A DNA stretch of 47,448 nt from NCBI GenBank assembly GCA_002737625.1, contig NSIB01000003.1, positions 1 through 47,448 on the forward strand. Direction: 5' to 3'. Both the position numbers and the translations under genes were made by a program. This document shows, piece by piece, positions 9,762-18,768 of the stretch. This DNA is from Flavobacteriales bacterium. Its GTDB lineage: Bacteria > Bacteroidota > Bacteroidia > NS11-12g > UBA955. Within the stretch, counting starts at the first letter, position 1; each line of letters starts with the position of its first letter. Under the pieces are notes generated by a model. That model was given only the letters and a program-made list of their open reading frames with translations, was not told the DNA's origin and did no database searches.

Positions 9762-11132
9762 ATGAGAAAAATCACGCTATTGCTCTGCTTACTGATTGTG
9801 TCTTCTTTGGGCGCACAAGTAAAAAACGGGTATCCCGGACAAAAAACGCGGATGTTGTTTTTGCTTGACGGCAGTGGAAGTATGTTGGCGGAGATGGGGA
9901 ATTCAACGCGATGGGCGGTAGCTGTTACGTTGATGAATAAAATGGTGGATACGTTGCGGTCGGTTGAGAATTTGGAGGTGGGATTGCGTGTTTTTGGTCA
10001 TACCCAGCCCAACGAGAAAAAAGATTGTAACGACACGAAATTGGAAGTGCCTTTTGCGCCTTTCAATCACAAACAGTTCACGGCTAAATTAAAGACTATA
10101 AAGCCTTTGGGATATACGTCGATTGCGCAATCGTTGTTGGCATCGGCAAAAGATTTTCCTGCAGACCCTACGGCGAGAAATATCATCATCATCATCACAG
10201 ATGGGGTAGAAGAATGCGGCGGAGATCCTTGTGCAATTAGTATCGCCTTACAACAAAAGGGCATTATATTGAGACCGTTTGTTATTGGTTTAGGAACTGA
10301 TAGTGAGGCGTTTAGGAATGCCTATTCATGTACGGGGAGATACTTTAACGCAGAAACGCCAGCACAATTTCAAAAAATTATTGGGGTAATTATCAACCAA
10401 GCGTTGAACAATACAACGGTTCAAATCAACTTGTTGGATAACCAGGGTTTGCCAAGAGAAACGGACGTCCCTTTGACCATTTTTGATGCCGACAACGGTC
10501 AGATGGTTGAGAATGTGATTCATACAATGAACGGAAAGGGTGTGCCCGATACATTGTATTTGGATCCTGTACGTCGTTATAGAGTTGTGGCCCACACCAA
10601 GCCTCAGGTGAGTTCGGAGATTTTTGAAATGGTTCCAGGAAAGCACAATGTGATTCCGTTGCAGACCCCCCAAGGAAGTTTGTTGTTGAAGATGGGAGGA
10701 ATTACCAAATACCCTCGATTGCAGGCCATTGTGCGGAAGGGGAATACCATGCAAACAATCAATGCGCAAGAGTTCAACACAATAGAAAAATATATTGTTG
10801 GGGGTTACGATTTAGAGATTTTAACCATTCCGAGATTAAAATTCAACGGAGTTCAAATCAAACAAAATCAAACATTTACGATAGAGATTCCCAATCCTGG
10901 GGTTTTGCAATTGAGCATTGGCAAGGATGTTACGGGCGCTATTTTTCAGAGGGTGGATAATAAATTGGAGTGGGTGATGGATTTGAGTGGCACGGTGCCA
11001 AAGCAGATGATAAATATGCAGCCTGGCGAATACACGGTTGTTTATCGCACGGCTGGGGAGACACGCACTCTATACAGTAAATCGAAAATATTTAAAATCA
11101 ATTCAGGAACCAATACGCAATTATCTATCTAA
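9762..11132 (+). CDS. Secreted von Willebrand factor A domain protein
   Basis: Signal peptide from ATG 9762; MIDAS motif LLDGSGSM, T (GYTSI), ITDG; beta-rich C-terminal region. Confidence 0.88.
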   Translation: MRKITLLLCLLIVSSLGAQVKNGYPGQKTRMLFLLDGSGSMLAEMGNSTRWAVAVTLMNKMVDTLRSVENLEVGLRVFGHTQPNEKKDCNDTKLEVPFAPFNHKQFTAKLKTIKPLGYTSIAQSLLASAKDFPADPTARNIIIIITDGVEECGGDPCAISIALQQKGIILRPFVIGLGTDSEAFRNAYSCTGRYFNAETPAQFQKIIGVIINQALNNTTVQINLLDNQGLPRETDVPLTIFDADNGQMVENVIHTMNGKGVPDTLYLDPVRRYRVVAHTKPQVSSEIFEMVPGKHNVIPLQTPQGSLLLKMGGITKYPRLQAIVRKGNTMQTINAQEFNTIEKYIVGGYDLEILTIPRLKFNGVQIKQNQTFTIEIPNPGVLQLSIGKDVTGAIFQRVDNKLEWVMDLSGTVPKQMINMQPGEYTVVYRTAGETRTLYSKSKIFKINSGTNTQLSI

Positions 11133-11137
11133 CACAC

Positions 11138-12094
11138 ATGAAATCATACGAAATTTTAGGACAAAAAGACACCCGCAGTGGTTTTGGTGCTGGATTACAC
11201 GAAGCTGGCAAGTTGGACAGCAATGTAGTTGCGTTGTGTTCGGATTTAACGGGTTCTTTGATGATGGATGCCTTCAAGGATGAATTCCCAGAGCGTTTTA
11301 TTCAGGCGGGGATTGCGGAGGCAAATATGATTAGTGCTTCGGCGGGATTGGCTACAGGTGGCAAGATTCCGTTTGCGGGTACGTTTGCGAATTTTGCAAC
11401 AGGCCGGGTATACGATCAAATTCGTCAGAGTGTGGCTTACAGTCATAAGAACGTGAAAATCTGTGCATCGCATGCAGGATTGACATTGGGAGAGGACGGC
11501 GCCACGCACCAAATTTTGGAAGATCTTGGATTGATGAAGATGTTGCCAGGAATGGTGGTGATTAACCCATGCGATTACAATCAGACGAAGGCTGCCACGA
11601 TGGCCATTGCCAAATATGATGGTCCTTGTTATCTGCGTTTTGGTCGTCCCAAGTGGCCCGTATTTATTCCTGAAGACATGCCATTTGAAATTGGCAAAGC
11701 GTTGATGTTGAGCGAGGGCAAAGACGTAACCATTTTTGCTACCGGTCATATGGTATGGAAGGCGATTGAAGCCGGACATGTTTTGGCGGAGAAGGGGATT
11801 GATGCGGAGGTGATTAATATTCATACGATTAAGCCTTTGGATAGGGATGCGATTTTGGCATCGGCGAAAAAGACGGGTTGTGTGGTAAGTGCGGAGGAGC
11901 ATCAGATGAATGGCGGTTTGGGTGATAGCATTGCTCAATTGTTGAGCAGGGAGTTGCCAACACCGATGGAGTATGTGGCTGTGAACGATTCATTTGGAGA
12001 GAGTGGCACGCCGGATCAGTTGTTAGAGAAGTACGGATTAACTACGGCGGCGATAGTGGCTGCGGCGGAACGTGCGATTGCTAGAAAGGCATAA
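11138..12094 (+). CDS. Transketolase, C-terminal subunit
   Basis: [53 protein letters not shown]. Confidence 0.95.
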   Translation: MKSYEILGQKDTRSGFGAGLHEAGKLDSNVVALCSDLTGSLMMDAFKDEFPERFIQAGIAEANMISASAGLATGGKIPFAGTFANFATGRVYDQIRQSVAYSHKNVKICASHAGLTLGEDGATHQILEDLGLMKMLPGMVVINPCDYNQTKAATMAIAKYDGPCYLRFGRPKWPVFIPEDMPFEIGKALMLSEGKDVTIFATGHMVWKAIEAGHVLAEKGIDAEVINIHTIKPLDRDAILASAKKTGCVVSAEEHQMNGGLGDSIAQLLSRELPTPMEYVAVNDSFGESGTPDQLLEKYGLTTAAIVAAAERAIARKA

Positions 12095-12146
12095 AAGGTT
12101 AGACAAATTCAGATCGTTGCGGGTCGTTTCGATGCGTATGCGGTTG

Positions 12147-12154
12147 TATCTTTG
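12147..12154 (+). promoter_or_regulatory. Candidate -7 promoter box for mfd
   Basis: TATCTTTG is an exact TAnnTTTG match abutting the terminator hairpin; no clean -33 TTTG seen. Confidence 0.5.
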
Positions 12155-12183
12155 AGGCCCGGCGAAGCCGGGCCTCTTTTTTT
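12154..12183 (+). terminator. Intrinsic terminator after the transketolase operon
   Basis: GAGGCCCGGC-GAA-GCCGGGCCTC (10-bp perfect stem) followed by T7. Confidence 0.85.
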
Positions 12184-12205
12184 ACGGGGTAGTGAGCAAT
12201 ACACG

Positions 12206-15200
12206 ATGAATACGAGAGAAATTTTGGGTGCCTTTGCCCAAATCCAACCCATGCAAGCACTGTCGGCCGCGGCGGAGCACGCGGCCGAACCCATCTACCT
12301 CCAAGGGCTGGCTGGCTCGGGCTTCGCCCTCGCCACCGCCACCCTCTACGCTTCAATATCCCGTCCCATCATCGCAATCCTCCCCAACAAAGACGAAGCC
12401 CAATATTTTAAATCCGACCTCGAAAATCTCCTCGTCGGTGAATCCATCTATTTCCTCCCAGATTCCTTCCTCAAACCCTATAATGCCGCCCGTGAAAATG
12501 CCATGGGTGTGCAAGAACGTATCGAAACCCTCAATGCCCTTCGTAAAAATAACAAACGCATCTTCGTAACCTATGGCTCCGCCATAGCAGAATATGTGGT
12601 CGATAAAATTGAACTCGAAAAATCTTCCATCGATATCGCTAGAGGCCAAAATCTAGATACCGAATTTTTGATGGAATTTCTGGAAATCAATGGCTTTGAA
12701 CGACGGGATTTTGTGTTCGCTCCCGGTGAATTTAGCATCCGCGGGGGAATTGTCGACCTATTCAGTTTCGCCCACGAATTCCCCTTTCGCATAGAACTCG
12801 ATGGTGATATCATCGAAAGTATCCGTACGTTTGATGTCAACGACCAACTTTCCCTCAAAGAAATTGCCCATTTCTCGCTTCTCCCCAATATTCAAGATCA
12901 ACGCGATCAAGAAACCACAATATCCATTACCGATTACTTTGATCCTAAAACACTGGTTGTTGCGTTCGACCTTAGCTTTCAAATTGAAGAACTTGGCAAA
13001 GCCTGGGAAAAAGCCCTCCAAATCCATCAAGAAGCCGTTGATTTTGGCAGAGAAGTCATCCCCAAACACCCCAAACAAATTTGGAATACGCCCAAAGGCC
13101 TCATGTCGGCCCTACAGCCCTTCACTCAAATACATAATAGCGGCGCTAGACCCACCGGAAAAATTGAAATTATCGAATTCTTGCAACAGCCGCAACCGCT
13201 CTTCAAAAGGAATTTTTCGATGCTCACCGAATGGATGCAATCCAATAAAGCCGAAGGCCTATCAACACTTGTATTTAGTGAGAATAGCCGTCAGATAGAA
13301 CGACTCATTGCAATTTTAGCCGATACCCAGTCCCAAGTCAGCTTTGAACCCGTGTATCAGGGATTGTCGTCCGGATTTGTGGATCGCGACGTAAAAATTG
13401 CTTTTACAACAGAGCATCAGCTGTTTGATAAATATTATCGTCCGCGGGGACGACAAAAATATTCGTCGCAAACATCGCTCACGTTAAGAGAACTAAAACA
13501 CTTAAAACCCGGGGATTTTGTTACTCATATTGATCATGGCATCGGCAGATTTGCGGGCCTGGAGAAAATGGATGTTCACGGTGTAAAGCAGGAAGTGGTG
13601 CGCATCGTATACAAGGACAACGATTTACTCTATGTGTCTGTGAATAGTTTGCACAAAATAAGTAAATACACAGGAAAGGATGGCACACCCCCAAGCATGC
13701 ACAAGTTGGGGAGTCCACAGTGGGATAAACAGAAAAAGGCGACAAAAAAGAAGGTTAAAGATATTGCCCGAGAGTTGATTGCATTGTACGCAAAGCGGAA
13801 ATTACAGCAGGGATTTGCGTTTGGGCCAGACAATTATATGCAGATGGAGTTGGAAGCCAGCTTTTTTTATGAGGATACGCCGGATCAAGCCAAAGCGGTG
13901 GAGGATACAAAACGAGATATGGAATCTCCGCAGCCGATGGACCGATTGGTGTGTGGCGATGTGGGTTTCGGCAAAACAGAGGTCGCCATGCGCGCCGCAT
14001 TTAAAGCCGTTTGTGATAGTAAACAGGTGGCGGTTCTAGTGCCAACAACAATTTTAGCACAACAGCATTTCCGTTCATTCTCAAAGCGATTTGCGGGGTT
14101 TCCTATAACCGTGGATTATATAAACCGATTTAAATCGGCCAAGGAGCAAAAAGACACATTGGAGAAGGTGAAAGCGGGAAAAGTAGATGTGCTCATTGGT
14201 ACGCATCGTATTTTAGGCAAAGACATCGAGTTTAAAGATTTGGGGTTGATGATCATCGACGAAGAACAGAAATTTGGTGTGGCCGCCAAAGAGAAATTGA
14301 AGGAATTTAAAGTAAATGTGGATGCACTCACACTCACGGCTACACCCATACCGCGGACTTTGCACTTTAGCTTGATGGGAGCTCGGGATTTGTCTATTAT
14401 TAACACCCCACCGCCCAACCGTCAGCCTGTGCATACCGAATTACACATGTTCAACAAGGACTTAATTGCCGAGGCGGTTCAGCAAGAAATGGAACGGGGC
14501 GGACAGATCTTCTTTGTTCATAGCCGGGTGAAAGACATCCATGAGATGGCCAGAATTATTGGAGATCTGGTGCCTGGATGCAGGGTTTGTGTGGCTCATG
14601 GTCAGATGGAAGGACATGAATTGGAAGATGCGATGGTTCAGTTTATTGAGGGGGAGTTTGATGTACTCGTGGCAACAACCATTATTGAGAGTGGGTTGGA
14701 TATTCCCAATGCCAATACAATTATTATCAACAATGCGCACATGTTTGGTCTGAGTGATTTGCACCAAATGCGGGGTAGGGTGGGCCGTAGCAATACCAAG
14801 GCTTTCTGTTATTTGCTTTCACCTCCGGTATCTGTTTTGAGTGAGGATGCGCGGAAAAGATTGCGCACGTTGGAAGAATACAGTGAATTGGGCAGTGGGT
14901 TTCAGGTTGCGATGCGGGATTTGGATATCCGAGGGGCTGGAAATTTATTGGGCGGAGAGCAGTCTGGATTCATCAGCGAAATGGGGTTTGACATGTATCA
15001 TAAGATTTTGGATGAAGCGGTGAGGGAGTTAAAAAATGAAGAGTTTGATGCGTTGTTTGATCAACCCGACGATATCAGCAGCCGAGACTGTCAAGTAGAT
15101 ACCCAATTTGAAATGCTCATTCCATCGGAATACGTCACCCAAACCTCGGAACGATTGGCGTTGTACAGTGAATTATCAAATATTAATACGGAATTGGAAT

Positions 15201-15550
15201 TGCAGCGATTTGCAAACAATTTAAAAGATCGATTTGGTAAAATTCCAAATACGGTGGCGGCATTATTGGATACCGTTCGATTAAAATGGGCGGGCAAACA
15301 GCTTGGAATGGAGAAAATTTCACTCGGAAACGGTGGAATGCGTTGCTATTTTCCTGGCGATGCCAATGCGGCAGTATATCACAGCGACAGTTTTGTGGCC
15401 ATTATGGGTTTTGTTGCTAGCAATCCCAATAAGTTTAGCGTTAGACAAACCGATAAAGCGCTGATTGTGAGTGTGAAAGGGTTGGAAACGGTTTTCGAAG
15501 CGCTCCATGTATTGGGGGAATGGGACTTGCATCGGACAACAGAAATATAA
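12206..15550 (+). CDS. mfd: Transcription-repair coupling factor
   Basis: GEFSIRGGIVD, CarD-like HIDHGIGRF, CGDVGFGKTEVA, DEEQKFGV, TATPIPRT, QMRGRVGRS, DLDIRGAGNLLG. Start set at ATG 12206. Confidence 0.98.
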   Translation: MNTREILGAFAQIQPMQALSAAAEHAAEPIYLQGLAGSGFALATATLYASISRPIIAILPNKDEAQYFKSDLENLLVGESIYFLPDSFLKPYNAARENAMGVQERIETLNALRKNNKRIFVTYGSAIAEYVVDKIELEKSSIDIARGQNLDTEFLMEFLEINGFERRDFVFAPGEFSIRGGIVDLFSFAHEFPFRIELDGDIIESIRTFDVNDQLSLKEIAHFSLLPNIQDQRDQETTISITDYFDPKTLVVAFDLSFQIEELGKAWEKALQIHQEAVDFGREVIPKHPKQIWNTPKGLMSALQPFTQIHNSGARPTGKIEIIEFLQQPQPLFKRNFSMLTEWMQSNKAEGLSTLVFSENSRQIERLIAILADTQSQVSFEPVYQGLSSGFVDRDVKIAFTTEHQLFDKYYRPRGRQKYSSQTSLTLRELKHLKPGDFVTHIDHGIGRFAGLEKMDVHGVKQEVVRIVYKDNDLLYVSVNSLHKISKYTGKDGTPPSMHKLGSPQWDKQKKATKKKVKDIARELIALYAKRKLQQGFAFGPDNYMQMELEASFFYEDTPDQAKAVEDTKRDMESPQPMDRLVCGDVGFGKTEVAMRAAFKAVCDSKQVAVLVPTTILAQQHFRSFSKRFAGFPITVDYINRFKSAKEQKDTLEKVKAGKVDVLIGTHRILGKDIEFKDLGLMIIDEEQKFGVAAKEKLKEFKVNVDALTLTATPIPRTLHFSLMGARDLSIINTPPPNRQPVHTELHMFNKDLIAEAVQQEMERGGQIFFVHSRVKDIHEMARIIGDLVPGCRVCVAHGQMEGHELEDAMVQFIEGEFDVLVATTIIESGLDIPNANTIIINNAHMFGLSDLHQMRGRVGRSNTKAFCYLLSPPVSVLSEDARKRLRTLEEYSELGSGFQVAMRDLDIRGAGNLLGGEQSGFISEMGFDMYHKILDEAVRELKNEEFDALFDQPDDISSRDCQVDTQFEMLIPSEYVTQTSERLALYSELSNINTELELQRFANNLKDRFGKIPNTVAALLDTVRLKWAGKQLGMEKISLGNGGMRCYFPGDANAAVYHSDSFVAIMGFVASNPNKFSVRQTDKALIVSVKGLETVFEALHVLGEWDLHRTTEI

Positions 15551-15577
15551 AAATCTTTGTAGGAATCACGCCATAAA

Positions 15578-16408
15578 TTATATCTTTCTAATGCCAGTTT
15601 CTTCGATGATGATTGCCTTGGCTTTGTACAAAACGCCAACGGTTTGTTTGAAAGCTTTTTTACTCATTCCCAATTTCGATTGAATGAGATTCGCATCAGA
15701 TTTGTCGTGCAGTGCTAAAAATCCCCCCGCAGCGGTGATAGCCTCTAATACAGTATCGGACAGGGTACTCACTTTCTTATGTCCCATCGGGGTAAGAGAT
15801 ACATCTACGTGTCCATTCTCTCTAACCAATCGAACATAGCCTTTTAATTGATCGCCCATTTCAATTCGTTGAAAGACTTCGTTTTTGTAAATAATTCCCT
15901 GATGCTTTTGGTTGATAATGACTCTAAACCCAATTTCAGTTTCTTCAAAACACAATAAATCAACGGCGGTATTATAAAGTAAGTGTACGTCCGTTTTTTC
16001 GAGCCATTTGGAAATTTTTGTACTGGCTAACAGTCGATCAGTGACTTCGTCGCGATACAAATATGCTACAGAGTGCTCTCCCTCCACCAGTTTGCGATGT
16101 TGTTCTTTGAAAGGTACGAAAAGGTCTTTCTCCAAACCCCAATCCAAGAATGCACCTATCCCAGTCGCTGAAACCACTTCCAAACATGCGAATTGCCCGA
16201 TTTCAATCATCGGAACAACGGTAGTGGCTGTTAAGCGGTCTTCTGAATCTCTAAAAATGAAAACATTAATTACATCCCCTTCAATGGCCTCGGACGGACA
16301 AAATTTATTGGGTAGTAATACTTCTACTCCCATTTCATCAACCAAATACCAACCTTGAGGTGTATCGTGATGAAAGGTCAAATCAAGGAATAGGCCGGTC
16401 TGAATCAT
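15578..16408 (-). CDS. cvfB: CvfB/YitL family S1-domain RNA-binding protein
   Basis: EVLLPNK, VFIFRDSEDRL, GAFLDWGLEKDLFVPFKEQ, C-terminal winged helix GMSKKAFKQTVGVLYK. Start set at ATG 16408. Confidence 0.88.
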   Translation of the reverse strand: MIQTGLFLDLTFHHDTPQGWYLVDEMGVEVLLPNKFCPSEAIEGDVINVFIFRDSEDRLTATTVVPMIEIGQFACLEVVSATGIGAFLDWGLEKDLFVPFKEQHRKLVEGEHSVAYLYRDEVTDRLLASTKISKWLEKTDVHLLYNTAVDLLCFEETEIGFRVIINQKHQGIIYKNEVFQRIEMGDQLKGYVRLVRENGHVDVSLTPMGHKKVSTLSDTVLEAITAAGGFLALHDKSDANLIQSKLGMSKKAFKQTVGVLYKAKAIIIEETGIRKI

Positions 16409-16460
16409 ATCAATTTGCAAAAGTCGGGGTAAACTTTCACATTCACACGATAATAGATGT

Positions 16461-18749
16461 TTATCTCAGCAGGGTAACGCTACCAGAAAAGTGTTGGAGT
16501 TCGTTCTCTGGGTTTTTGAAGATAGCATCGTAGACATAAACACCACCCTGGCAAAGTTCTCCGTTTACAAAGCCATCCCACAGCGTAGATTGGTCTTTGG
16601 CTTCAAAAATTTGTTGTCCGTATCGGTTGTAAATCATGAGTCTGTAATTGCTAACAGTGAGGGGAGAATAAAGCCCAAAGTAATCGTTCGTTCCATCAGA
16701 GTTTTTAGGTGTAAATGCCGTTGGAAACCAGTATAATGGAATGGATTTCACCTTTATACTCTTCGTCATTGTGTCGGCACAACCATATTGATTGTCGGTA
16801 ATCAGCATGATATTGTAATTGCCATACATTTTATAAATGTGCTGTGGATCTCTTACCAAATCGTAATAGCCATCGCCGAAATCCCAAGACCATTTCGTAT
16901 CAATTTTAGATTTATTGGTAAAGGCCACATTTTGCGTCATCAAAGGGATGTAAGGATCGTACTTAAAATCCGCAATGGCACGAGGATAGACTCTTAAGTT
17001 TTGGGCATTGGTATCACGACAGCCATAGCTATTGGTCACAATCAAGTTGACTTTATAAGTTCCGGAGTCGGGGTAAAGGATATTTTCGTTTCGCTGGCCA
17101 GATTTTCTACCATTGCCGAAATCCCACTTATAGGTGCTAATGGTTCCAATGCCAGCGGTTGATGCGTTTGCGAATGGGAACATCAAATCTTCACAATCGG
17201 GTTTAACCATGAAGTAAGCATAGGGTTTGTTCGCTATGAAAAGAGTGCGGATTATGGTGTCTTTACAGAGGTTGCTGTTGTACACTATGTATGTCACTGT
17301 AGGGTATCCTGCCGATCCATAAAAGTGTGTCGGGCTCTTTCCTGCTGTTGTTGTACCATCACCAAACCACCAATATTCTTTGGCAAGGAATCCACTGCCC
17401 GGAGCGGTAAGTGAGGTGAATTTTACGATTTCGTTTTCGCAGGTATCTTCTACAACGTAGTTGGCTTGCGGTGCGCCTAGGATGCTTACATTTTTGAGGG
17501 TAGTGTCCTCACAACCATTTGCAGCGCGCACTATCAATTGGACTTTGTAATTTCCTGCTGGTGAGAAATGGCCAACCGTTGAATCGCCACTTCCTTTATT
17601 GCCATTGCCATAATTCCAACGCCATTGAACGAGGGTGTCGTCAACTACGGTTGATTTATCTGTAAATAGGACAGAATCTTTTTCACAAACACCATAGGAT
17701 GCAAAATTTGCGATAGGGCAGGGCGTCGTGTCGCTTAAGGTCCAAATACCCGAGAATTTCTGTCCAGTATGAATGAGAAGCGTATTTCTTGATGCAATAA
17801 CTCTTGACTGCACGGGGTAACTCCATTTGTTGGATGCGGCCACCCAGTTAATGGCTCCCATATTAGATTCTTGGATGGTGTTGGTTCCTGTATTGTGTTC
17901 TGAGCCTCGGTATGAGAATCCTAGACTGATCTCTGGTTTTGTACTATAGCCGCCATCATTTAGTATCCAAAAGCGATCCAACATTCTGCGTGCGTTTTCC
18001 GTTCCGAATTCATTTTTGACATTGTTTACGCCTGTTGGCATCGGTCTGTTGTTAGGCAATGAAACGGTTGGTGTTGGATAGGTTGCGATGGTTACAAAGG
18101 CACTATCTTTGGTTTGCAGACCTACATTTTTGACATTGTAATCAAAGGGGATGTCGGCACCGGTTACCGTTTGGAATGGCACAGTGTATAGAGGGCCGGC
18201 ACCTGCATCGCGAATATTCCATTGGACATATCCATAACCAATGGATGGGAACGACTCGGAGACAATTCCGCCTGTAGTTTTGGCGATTGCCGTTTCGGAT
18301 CTATTATTAATGATTAATGTTCTGCCGTTTAGTTGAAGCTGTTTTGAAAATAGGTTGAGTTTTCCAATTCCGCCTCCTGAATGACCTCCACCCACAAGAA
18401 TGTTCACTTGCATGGTTGGATTTGCGCTACATAGAAGGTCGATGGCTGGGAATGCAGTTACTGTGGTTCCCATGAATAATTGTGCGGCTCCGTTGAGTGT
18501 GACCCGGCCATTGTTATTCATGAAGATGGCTCCTGCGGAGTTGTTGATCCAGTTTCCGGTATAAAACAGATTGACATCACCGTTAAAAATCAATCTGGAA
18601 GCGCCTCGGGCCTCGTAATTCCCTTTGGTACCTGATATGACAATAAAACTTCCCGAGTTGGCTACCACATGGGCGCCATTATGAACCCAACCCTGACCAT
18701 AGAGGAGGGAAGAGGCTAATAATGCTAGGGATAGCAGTAACTTTTTCAT
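16461..18749 (-). CDS. PKD-domain surface protein with T9SS type B (gliding-motility-associated) C-terminal domain
   Basis: Signal peptide; four PKD-like units (WxW[ND][FY]G[DN]G...GC.DT); C-terminal PTAFTP..DGTND.F...IYNRYGQQIF...WDG...GVYVY...GSVTLLR. Confidence 0.9.
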   Translation of the reverse strand: MKKLLLSLALLASSLLYGQGWVHNGAHVVANSGSFIVISGTKGNYEARGASRLIFNGDVNLFYTGNWINNSAGAIFMNNNGRVTLNGAAQLFMGTTVTAFPAIDLLCSANPTMQVNILVGGGHSGGGIGKLNLFSKQLQLNGRTLIINNRSETAIAKTTGGIVSESFPSIGYGYVQWNIRDAGAGPLYTVPFQTVTGADIPFDYNVKNVGLQTKDSAFVTIATYPTPTVSLPNNRPMPTGVNNVKNEFGTENARRMLDRFWILNDGGYSTKPEISLGFSYRGSEHNTGTNTIQESNMGAINWVAASNKWSYPVQSRVIASRNTLLIHTGQKFSGIWTLSDTTPCPIANFASYGVCEKDSVLFTDKSTVVDDTLVQWRWNYGNGNKGSGDSTVGHFSPAGNYKVQLIVRAANGCEDTTLKNVSILGAPQANYVVEDTCENEIVKFTSLTAPGSGFLAKEYWWFGDGTTTAGKSPTHFYGSAGYPTVTYIVYNSNLCKDTIIRTLFIANKPYAYFMVKPDCEDLMFPFANASTAGIGTISTYKWDFGNGRKSGQRNENILYPDSGTYKVNLIVTNSYGCRDTNAQNLRVYPRAIADFKYDPYIPLMTQNVAFTNKSKIDTKWSWDFGDGYYDLVRDPQHIYKMYGNYNIMLITDNQYGCADTMTKSIKVKSIPLYWFPTAFTPKNSDGTNDYFGLYSPLTVSNYRLMIYNRYGQQIFEAKDQSTLWDGFVNGELCQGGVYVYDAIFKNPENELQHFSGSVTLLR

Positions 18750-18768
18750 CGTTTCTGTTTAGAGCGGA

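Noticed and set aside
10182-10196. (ATC)5 microsatellite as a phase-variation tract
   Set aside because: In-frame triplet coding the IIIII beta-strand before the VWA TDG motif; slippage would not shift the frame.
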